11,161 nucleotides of DNA from a bacterium. Its GTDB lineage: Bacteria > Arandabacterota > Arandabacteria > Arandabacterales > JALGWA01. The position numbers and the translations under genes are program-made. Position 1 is the stretch's first letter, and the number at the start of each line of letters is the position of its first letter. Under the pieces are notes generated by a model. That model had not been told where the DNA came from. It searched no databases and saw nothing but the letters and a program-made list of their open reading frames with translations. The stretch spans positions 1 to 11,161 of the forward strand of contig JASFEA010000103.1 in the NCBI GenBank assembly GCA_050125095.1, given 5' to 3'. This document shows positions 1 through 7,261 of the stretch, in pieces.

Positions 1-528
1 ACCAAGGGTCTGGGATTCGGCTTTACCAGGGATACAATAGGGGAGGGCACCAGGACGAGAATGTTGCTCACGGTGGCGCCCAGGTTCTCGCGGGCTTTTG
101 CCCTGGGATGGACAGGCAAGTGGCGCGGCGCTTTCAACTTCGACGTGGGCGCGATGATGCGGATCGGACAATACGTCACGCTCGGATTCGTGGGAAGGGA
201 CCTCAGGGAAGGCAAGGACGCACGCACCTACTACGAGGCCGGCGTAGCCCTGGTCGCCTCGCCGCGGAAGTTCGGCATGTTCTATGACGTCGTAATCGAG
301 GACAATGAAAGCAGAAAAGCCACCGCGCATGGCGGCGGCTTCTATGTTGGATTCGAAGGCTCCGTCTTTTTCATCTCGACCCTCACCAGCGACGGTGAGG
401 GTCACACCTACTTCCGATTCATCCTCCAGCTCTACTCGCCGAGCGGCCTCCTCGAAGGCGGCTACATGACCGCCACCGACGACTTCAAGTCGCTAGGCGG
501 CAGGTTCTCCCGGTGGGCTCCCAGGTAA
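1..528 (+). CDS. Partial (5'-truncated) hypothetical protein, probably an outer-membrane beta-barrel-like protein
   Basis: Frame 1 is open from base 1 (TKGLGFGFTRDTIG...) to TAA at 526-528, so the ATG at 61 is probably internal. Successive short segments alternate hydrophobic/aromatic and Gly/polar residues (FNFDVGAMMRI, YVTLGFVGRDL, YYEAGVAL, FGMFYDVVI), typical of amphipathic beta-strands. The family is not assigned. Confidence 0.55.
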   Translation, partial: TKGLGFGFTRDTIGEGTRTRMLLTVAPRFSRAFALGWTGKWRGAFNFDVGAMMRIGQYVTLGFVGRDLREGKDARTYYEAGVALVASPRKFGMFYDVVIEDNESRKATAHGGGFYVGFEGSVFFISTLTSDGEGHTYFRFILQLYSPSGLLEGGYMTATDDFKSLGGRFSRWAPR

Positions 529-1560
529 AGAGGCAGTAGCCGGGACTGCCTTGGGCTGCTTCTCCCTGGTTCCGAATCTCGAAGTGATCACGGCTCCCAG
601 CCCGACGGTCACGGCCACGAACACTATTGCCCAGCCGATGAAACCGATGACGGAGCCGGCGAAGTGCATGGGCCCGGGGCCCATCCTGAGAAGCGCCCCA
701 AGGATCACCAGCGCGTATAGCATTATGACGCCGATGGCCATCGACTTGTAGGATCCGCCGTTGGTGTCCGGCACGAACTTCCCGCCCGTCGCGGCCGCCA
801 CCCCGATGAATCCCAGCAGCATCATGATGGCGAATACGAAGGGAAGCAGAATGGCGATGGGTATGCCTATTATGGTCACCACGAGCAGCACCAGGACCGG
901 GATGAACAGGGCCCATACCAGAAGCCCGATGAGACCGTTGAAGAAGGCTTCCTTCCTCACGCGGTCGCTCACTATGTCGACCGGCCTTCTCACGACGGCA
1001 ATGAGGAGAGCTCCCAGCACTATGACGATCACCAGCCACATGATAAGCAGCACGAATCTCCTGCCCGCGGAGAAGAAGCTCGACATCATGAAGCCGGGAC
1101 CGTGGTTCCAGGATCCGAAACCCACGCTGACCGTTTCGCCCCTAATGACTCCGCCCTCTTTCTCCACCGAGCCACCTACAGACACGCCGTCCCCGTCGAT
1201 GCGGCCCCTGGGGCCGACAATGAGGCTCCCCCCGACGGCGACCGCGTCGCCCTCGACGTAGCCGTCAACGCGGACATCGCCCATGATGGCGACTGCGTCA
1301 CCCTCGACGACCTGGCCCTCGGGCACGTGGACGTCATTGCCTATGCGGACGACGTCCTCTCCGATGGTCTCAATGCCGATGGCCTCGTCCCAGTCCAGTT
1401 CCATCGTATCGCCTTCTTCGTCCGTGATTGTCACGCCTTCGTCACCGATCTCGATGTGCTTGACCGTATTATCGTCGTCATCGTCCGCCAGCACGGGTAC
1501 CGCGAAAGCCAGAGCCAGCGCTACCACGGCGACATACACCGGTAACATTCCCTTCTTCAT
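493..1560 (-). CDS. Secreted/membrane protein with signal peptide, bactofilin-like (polymer-forming) beta-helix repeats and a C-terminal multi-TM domain
   Basis: Start moved to ATG 1560: it forms an ATGA overlap with the anti-sigma stop (1557-1560) and is preceded by purine-rich GAAGGGGG. MKKG + hydrophobic stretch + VLA looks like a Sec signal. An acidic region follows, then repeats GDAVAIMGDVRVDGYV / GDAVAVGGSLIVG / GDGVSVGGSV (~1120-1359), then about 5-6 hydrophobic helices. Confidence 0.8.
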   Translation of the reverse strand: MKKGMLPVYVAVVALALAFAVPVLADDDDDNTVKHIEIGDEGVTITDEEGDTMELDWDEAIGIETIGEDVVRIGNDVHVPEGQVVEGDAVAIMGDVRVDGYVEGDAVAVGGSLIVGPRGRIDGDGVSVGGSVEKEGGVIRGETVSVGFGSWNHGPGFMMSSFFSAGRRFVLLIMWLVIVIVLGALLIAVVRRPVDIVSDRVRKEAFFNGLIGLLVWALFIPVLVLLVVTIIGIPIAILLPFVFAIMMLLGFIGVAAATGGKFVPDTNGGSYKSMAIGVIMLYALVILGALLRMGPGPMHFAGSVIGFIGWAIVFVAVTVGLGAVITSRFGTREKQPKAVPATASLPGSPPGEPAA

Positions 1561-2132
1561 GACCTTACCCCCTTCGGTTGCCTGAGCCACAACGACATTG
1601 CGTAGATCAGTACTATGATGAATGCGAACAGGCCCGCGAGTATCACGGCCCCCTGGACGCGATATGCTGCAAAGCTCTCACCCAGAAATGTCTCCAGCAC
1701 CGTTCCGCCGAACACATTCGTGAGCGACTTGAGTATGAGCAGACCCTTTGAACCCGCAACCATGACCGGGCTCGAGCTCCCGAAGTCGGAGATCAGCCTG
1801 ACGATGTGCTCGAATACCCTGATGCCGAATGCATTGAGGACCACGGCGGCGCCCACGACGGCCGCGACCGCGATTCCCCAGCGGACCATTATCACCTTGC
1901 GCCTCTTTGCGGCAATCTCCTCGATAACAGCGCCAGAGACGCTCACGAAAGCCGCTTCGGGAATGTCCCTCATGCCCCTGACCAGCGCCAGGTCGAACGC
2001 ATATGCCTCATTGCAGGCCGCGCAAGCAGCCATGTGCTCTCTCAGCGCGCGTTCCCGCTCCCGGTTGACTTCTCCGTCGATAAGGGCTTCGGCGATCCTT
2101 GCCGCTTCGTCGCATGTAAGCCGCTTTTCCAC
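1557..2132 (-). CDS. Zinc-binding anti-sigma factor (ZAS / zf-HC2), membrane-anchored, RsiW-like N-terminus
   Basis: C7...LIDGE...H33-xxx-C37-xx-C40 (EHMAACAAC) motif, a basic patch KRRK before a TM helix (WGIAVAAVVGAAVVL), and a second C-terminal TM helix. The GTG start is 1 nt after the upstream TAG, with AAAGGGG upstream. Lies in the same operon as an ECF sigma. Confidence 0.88.
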   Translation of the reverse strand: MEKRLTCDEAARIAEALIDGEVNRERERALREHMAACAACNEAYAFDLALVRGMRDIPEAAFVSVSGAVIEEIAAKRRKVIMVRWGIAVAAVVGAAVVLNAFGIRVFEHIVRLISDFGSSSPVMVAGSKGLLILKSLTNVFGGTVLETFLGESFAAYRVQGAVILAGLFAFIIVLIYAMSLWLRQPKGVRS

Positions 2133-2133
2133 C

Positions 2134-3327
2134 CTAGATCGCCCCTTTCGTCAATGACACGCTGCCGCTCGACGTCTTCACGGAAAGCGAGAAACCGCCG
2201 CTCCCGTACTTGCCCGACAGCCTTCTTCTGGATGCGTCTTTTACTGTCATGGGGATCCTGCTCGAGATCGAACCCGAGCCGGTGTTTATGTCGACCTCGT
2301 AAGCGTCCCCGCCGTACATGATTATGTCCACTTCTCCGCTGCCCGTGCTGATGGAGATATCGCCCTCGCCGCCGTCCAGGCCCAGCGTGATGTCGCCGCT
2401 CGATGTGCTTATATCCGCGCCGCCCGTGTGATGCAGGAATTCGACGTCGCCGCTTCCGGTGTCGCCGCTCACCGATCCCACTGAGTTACTGATCTCGATG
2501 TCGCCGCTTCCCGTGTCCACGCTGACGTCCCCGGCGACCTTGCGGACCACGACATCGCCGCTGCCGGTACCGATAAAGGCCTTGCCGCCGAGGCCGCCCA
2601 CGAGGACGTCGCCGCTACCCGTCTTGATCCTAACGTCGTGCCGCGCGGTCTCGACCTCCACGTCACCGCTGCCCGTATTGACATCCAGGCCCGAGCCCGC
2701 AACACCCGTTTCGACGTCGCCGCTTCCCGTGTCTATTATCAGCATGGCTTCGCGGTCGGCGACCTCCACGTCGCCGCTGCCCGTGTCGATCTCAAGCGCA
2801 ATATCGGCCGGGAGAGCCACTTCTATGTCTATGCTCACGTATCCCTTGGTGAGCTCGCTGATGCCCAGCGACTTCTCCTTCTTGCGCTCCACGACGAGCC
2901 TGTCGCCGCGGCGCTCAAACAGAATCTCGGCCTTTTCCAAAAGCTCCTCGCCGTATTCCCTTTCGTTGGCCCGGTAGGTCTTCTCGATATTGAAACTCGC
3001 CTTGCTCACGTTCTCGGTGTTGATAACCACATCCTCCGCCCCGAGATTAAACTCCACGGTCTTGATGCCCTTGAGGTCAATGGTCTCGACTTCGACCTTC
3101 GTGCCCCGGTACTTGAAGTTGCCGTCCGTGATTACGCAGCCCGAGAGAAGCACCAGGGCCATTATGGCAACCAGTGCTCCGTATCTTGTGATGCCGCTGA
3201 ACCTGGTGATCCCGCTCAGACTTCTGATCCTGCTTGACTTCGCAATCGCGCTTAACTTCGCAGTCCTGCTTGATCTTGTGGCTCCACTCAAACTCATTGT
3301 CCTATTCGACCATTTATTCCTGCTCAC
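2134..3327 (-). CDS. DUF4097-family (LiaG/YvlB-like) beta-strand-repeat lipoprotein
   Basis: About 11 copies of [DNKGS]T[GS]SG[DES][VI], with seven consecutive spacings of exactly 18 aa. Lipobox LLSG-C64 follows a hydrophobic h-region. The GTG start overlaps the sigma stop (GTGA 3324-3327) and has a strong SD (AGGGAGGTAGGAG). Confidence 0.88.
   Translation of the reverse strand: MSRNKWSNRTMSLSGATRSSRTAKLSAIAKSSRIRSLSGITRFSGITRYGALVAIMALVLLSGCVITDGNFKYRGTKVEVETIDLKGIKTVEFNLGAEDVVINTENVSKASFNIEKTYRANEREYGEELLEKAEILFERRGDRLVVERKKEKSLGISELTKGYVSIDIEVALPADIALEIDTGSGDVEVADREAMLIIDTGSGDVETGVAGSGLDVNTGSGDVEVETARHDVRIKTGSGDVLVGGLGGKAFIGTGSGDVVVRKVAGDVSVDTGSGDIEISNSVGSVSGDTGSGDVEFLHHTGGADISTSSGDITLGLDGGEGDISISTGSGEVDIIMYGGDAYEVDINTGSGSISSRIPMTVKDASRRRLSGKYGSGGFSLSVKTSSGSVSLTKGAI
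3184..3327 (-). repeat. 8 x 18-bp degenerate in-frame tandem repeat encoding the lipoprotein N-terminus
   Basis: Plus-strand units: tcttgtgatgccgctgaa, cctggtgatcccgctcag, acttctgatcctgcttga, cttcgcaatcgcgcttaa, cttcgcagtcctgcttga, tcttgtggctccactcaa, actcattgtcctattcga, ccatttattcctgctcac. Peptide: MSRNKW/SNRTMS/LSGATR/SSRTAK/LSAIAK/SSRIRS/LSGITR/FSGITR. Confidence 0.75.
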
Positions 3328-3923
3328 AGCTCTCCTACCTCCCTCTTGACGGCTCTCCTGAGCTCCTGCCTTCCCCTGTGGATCAGCACCTTGACCGTCC
3401 CCATGGGAATCGAGAGTATTTCACATATTTCTCTGTATGCGTACCCGTCGCGGTATCTCAATGTGAGAACCGACGCGTAACGTGGATCGAGATCTCCCAT
3501 GCAGCGCTCGACGATGCCCGAGTCGATGCGCGCCGAAAGCGCCGCCTCGGCGGCCCCGCGCTCCGTCCCGAGGTCCTCGACCGAGAGGTCTTCAGTTTCG
3601 TAGGCGAAGATCCTGCTCTCCCTGCCGCGGCGCCTCAGGAGGTCTTTGGCGCTGTTGGCCGCTATGCGCATGAGCCAGGCCGGGAAAGAGGCCGAGAAAT
3701 CAAACCTGTGCAAGTTAGTCAGCGCCTTCACGAAAGTCTCCTGGACAAGGTCGCGGGCGTCCTCCGAGTTCCTGACCATGCCGAGCACAAGGGCGTACAC
3801 CCTTCGCTCGTACCGCATGACCAGCGTCTCCTGCGACGCCCTGTCACCGCCTCTGGCCTTTTCAATTAAGACCCTCTCTTCGAAAGCCCTCGTCTCTGAT
3901 ATTTGCTTATCCTGTCTCTCCAT
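3324..3923 (-). CDS. ECF RNA polymerase sigma-70 factor (SigW/RpoE-like)
   Basis: Region 2 motifs DARDLVQETFVKA and FPAWLMRIAANSAKDLLRR; region 4 HTH YREICEILSIPMGTVKVLIHRGRQEL; about 200 aa; linked to a ZAS anti-sigma. ATG 3923 is preferred as start; GTG 3929 is the alternative. Confidence 0.95.
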   Translation of the reverse strand: MERQDKQISETRAFEERVLIEKARGGDRASQETLVMRYERRVYALVLGMVRNSEDARDLVQETFVKALTNLHRFDFSASFPAWLMRIAANSAKDLLRRRGRESRIFAYETEDLSVEDLGTERGAAEAALSARIDSGIVERCMGDLDPRYASVLTLRYRDGYAYREICEILSIPMGTVKVLIHRGRQELRRAVKREVGEL

Positions 3924-3930
3924 AGCCACC

Positions 3931-3957
3931 TACGACTGGGTTATAGAATATGTTTCA
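3931..3957 (-). promoter_or_regulatory. Putative autoregulated ECF (SigW/SigM-type) promoter
   Basis: Minus strand reads TGAAAC (3957-3952) - 17 nt - CGTA (3934-3931) - GGTGGCT - ATG. This matches the established Bacillus SigW/SigM-type consensus TGAAAC-N16/17-CGT(A/C) and lies directly upstream of the ECF gene. Confidence 0.7.
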
Positions 3958-3958
3958 A

Positions 3959-4047
3959 AAAAGCGCCCTGAAACGTCCCAGGTGTGTTCTAGGGAGTGCC
4001 ACCGAGAGCATCCCGAGAATATCCCTAGAGCGTCCCCAAAGTGCCAC
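3959..4047. repeat. Degenerate ~11-bp tandem repeat array (about 8 units)
   Basis: Units: aaaagcgccc, tgaaacgtccc, aggtgtgttct, (a)gggagtgccac(c), gagagcatccc, gagaatatccc, tagagcgtccc, caaagtgccac. Consensus is roughly nAGAGYRTCCC. The last four units (4004-4047) are in exact 11-bp register. Confidence 0.55.
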
Positions 4048-4150
4048 GCTTGCACAATCATACGCGTAACCACAATAATTACCAACGACTTAGGGACTCC
4101 TGCGGCTGGGCCGCCCGGACCACCCTCCACCCTGCTGCGAGCCCGCAAAT

Positions 4151-4200
4151 CCCTCCCCACAATCACGCCGGCCCCTCCCGCAATCACGTTGACCCCTCCC
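4151..4200 (+). repeat. 21-bp direct repeat (about 2.4 copies) abutting a -35 element
   Basis: ccctccccacaatcacgccgg / cccctcccgcaatcacgttga / cccctccc. The CAATCACG core is at 4160-4167 and 4181-4188. Confidence 0.65.
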
Positions 4201-4217
4201 TGCTTTCCCGCTAAAAT
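4189..4217 (+). promoter_or_regulatory. sigma70-type promoter of the DUF624-like gene (leaderless mRNA likely)
   Basis: TTGACC (4189-4194) - 17 nt - TAAAAT (4212-4217) - 7 nt - ATG (4225). There is no SD-like sequence. Confidence 0.7.
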
Positions 4218-4224
4218 CGCCCCG

Positions 4225-5022
4225 ATGGCGTCTCTCATTTCAACCGTCTATAAAAAGACCTTCTGGAATACATACGACCATATCGGGAGGCTTATTCTCT
4301 TAAACCTCCTCTGGACGGCGTTCTTCCCGCTCCCCACCTACCTCACCTTCTGGCTTATCCCCGCCGGCGGGCATGTGAAGATCGCCGCGACAGTGCTTGT
4401 AGGAATACTCACGCACTCGCTAGCCACCACGGGAGTATTCGCCGCCACGGCCGATATTGTAGACTACAGGGAGTTCACGCTCAAGCGTTTCTTGTCCGGG
4501 GGCCGCAGGCTCTACCTGCGGGCGCTCGCTATCTCGGCCCTGGCGGCCATCGTCTTCTACCTGACCTACGTAAGCATGATATTCTACCTCGCCCTCGAGG
4601 GCCCGGCGGGCATACTGGGATTCTTCCTTGCCGGCGTGCAGGCCTGGATCATGCTCTTTGTCATTGCCATGTGCCTGTATCTCCTGCCGCTCCTCACTAA
4701 AAAGAACTGGGGCATCTTCAAGACCATCAAGTGGAGCGCCGTGCTCGTGGTTCTCAAGCCCGGCTTCAGCCTGCTCATCATGCTGCAGGTCCTGGCCGCC
4801 TCCGTCATTATCGGGATCACCATAATCGGGGCCATCGTGATCCTCATGAGCCTCGTCTCGGTGTTCCTGGGCACCAACCTTCGCGAAGTCTTAAAGGAGC
4901 TGGAAGCGGAGGGCGAGCCCAAGAAGAGGCCAACCTCATGGAAGGAGATATTCGGAGAGGAGCGGAAGCGCGAAGAAGAGCCCCGCGGAATCAAGGACAT
5001 CCTCAGGCCCTGGGACAACTGA
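4225..5022 (+). CDS. DUF624/YesL-like multi-pass membrane protein
   Basis: The true start is probably ATG 4225 (MASLISTVYKKTFWNTYDHIGRLILLNLLW), since the ORF-track extension overlaps the sigma gene antisense. The 'LILLNLLW' N-terminal motif, about 5-6 TM helices and 'YLLPLL...IFKTIKWSAVLVV.KPGFS' fit DUF624. It ends in a charged tail, RGIKDILRPWDN. Confidence 0.75.
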   Translation: MASLISTVYKKTFWNTYDHIGRLILLNLLWTAFFPLPTYLTFWLIPAGGHVKIAATVLVGILTHSLATTGVFAATADIVDYREFTLKRFLSGGRRLYLRALAISALAAIVFYLTYVSMIFYLALEGPAGILGFFLAGVQAWIMLFVIAMCLYLLPLLTKKNWGIFKTIKWSAVLVVLKPGFSLLIMLQVLAASVIIGITIIGAIVILMSLVSVFLGTNLREVLKELEAEGEPKKRPTSWKEIFGEERKREEEPRGIKDILRPWDN

Positions 5023-5034
5023 CCTACACCATAC

Positions 5035-5064
5035 TTGACATCCCCCCCGGCATTCCCCTACCAT
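5035..5064 (+). promoter_or_regulatory. Putative sigma70 promoter for eno(-ftsB)
   Basis: TTGACA (5035-5040) - 18 nt - TACCAT (5059-5064), about 120 nt upstream of the eno start. Confidence 0.55.
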
Positions 5065-5117
5065 CACGAGCAGAAGAAGGCGGCGGTGCAGCCGTCGGTG
5101 GTCGGCTTCACCGATAA

Positions 5118-6470
<1,353 letters not shown>

Positions 6471-6609
6471 GGTCAGTAGAGGCCGTGGGCCGCTGGCCGC
6501 AGCCGATGCGTGAGCATTAGGCAATTGGCCGCCCGCTGGCCGGAGGGGCGCGTATCAGGCAGCCACCCGCCGGGCCCAGGTCAGGAGCTCGAGAGAGCAG
6601 GGAGACGAA

Positions 6610-7008
6610 GTGAGCAAGGACGCTCCGAACAAGGACAGGCGGTTCCTGAGGGTAAAACCCGAACGCCCCTTCTGGAACAAGGCCATCAAGCTCGCCCTCA
6701 TCGGGGTAATAGGAGTCTCCGCCTTCAGCATCATATTCGGTAACTACGGCCTCCTCCGCATACTCGAGCTCAGAAACGAGAGCAAACACATCGAGGAGCA
6801 GATAGCCTACTACAAGATGAAGAAGAAAATCCTCGAGACCAAGCGCGACAAGCTCCAGGACGACCCCTATACCATAGAGAAACATGCCCGGGAACGCCTG
6901 GGCATGTACAGGCCCGGAGATGCGGTTTTCCTGTTCCCGGACGCGGATTCGACAGATATAAGCGATGCAGAAGGCTTAGTTCTTGACAAATCGACACGAA
7001 GCCCATAG
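6610..7008 (+). CDS. ftsB: Septum formation initiator family protein (FtsB/DivIC)
   Basis: Single TM helix, then FGNYGLL, a coiled coil, and DPYTIEKHARERLGMYRPGDAVF (the DivIC/FtsB motif). Classic eno-ftsB synteny. GTG start preceded by AGGGAG. Confidence 0.9.
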   Translation: MSKDAPNKDRRFLRVKPERPFWNKAIKLALIGVIGVSAFSIIFGNYGLLRILELRNESKHIEEQIAYYKMKKKILETKRDKLQDDPYTIEKHARERLGMYRPGDAVFLFPDADSTDISDAEGLVLDKSTRSP

Positions 7009-7011
7009 TAT
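6983..7011 (+). promoter_or_regulatory. sigma70 promoter for tRNA-fMet embedded in the ftsB 3' end
   Basis: TTGACA (6983-6988) - 17 nt - TAGTAT (7006-7011). The tRNA starts 15 nt later. Confidence 0.75.
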
Positions 7012-7025
7012 GAAACCAGACTAGA

Positions 7026-7102
<77 letters not shown>

Positions 7103-7106
7103 TATC

Positions 7107-7145
7107 AAGCCCTTGAACCTCAACGGGTTCGGGGGCTTTCTCTTT
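7107..7145 (+). terminator. Intrinsic terminator after tRNA-fMet
   Basis: 13-bp stem AAGCCCTTGAACC / GGTTCGGGGGCTT (two G-U pairs), followed by TCTCTTT. Confidence 0.8.
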
Positions 7146-7186
7146 GTGAGGCGGTACATCTATCGCGCCGGGTGCCGAATCATTCC

Positions 7187-7214
7187 TTGCGTTTGATTGC
7201 AGATGTGTTAGGGT
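7187..7214 (+). promoter_or_regulatory. Possible sigma70 promoter for hflKC
   Basis: TTGCGT (7187-7192) - 16 nt - TAGGGT (7209-7214) with an extended TGn. This is a weak match. Confidence 0.3.
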
Positions 7215-7261
7215 GGTGACGAATAATCGCGAACTGATAGTCGAAGCAAGGAAGCGCCATC

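Noticed and set aside
485-3869. Multiple long alternative-frame and antisense ORFs over the ECF operon (similar ones lie over eno, hflKC and the hydrolase)
   Set aside because: These are shadow ORFs, expected in GC-rich coding DNA, and the real frames carry clear family motifs.
3969-3974. Additional TGAAAC boxes (3969 and 7011, plus strand) as ECF promoters
   Set aside because: No CGT(A/C) -10 element at 16-17 nt spacing.
3959-4200. CRISPR array or iteron origin explanation for the intergenic repeats
   Set aside because: The units are short, degenerate and contiguous, with no unique spacers, and no cas or rep genes are present.
3646-4224. N-terminal 193-aa extension of the 458-aa plus-strand ORF
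   Set aside because: It is antisense to the sigma gene and crosses promoter and repeat DNA, with Pro-rich non-protein-like sequence. A good promoter points to ATG 4225.
3930-4238. 102-aa minus-strand ORF in the divergent intergenic region
   Set aside because: It covers both promoters and both repeat arrays, overlaps the DUF624 start, and has no recognisable features.
5079-5114. Small overlapping hairpins in the eno 5' UTR as a riboswitch
   Set aside because: Only 6-bp stems in GC-rich sequence, with no recognised aptamer motif or terminator.
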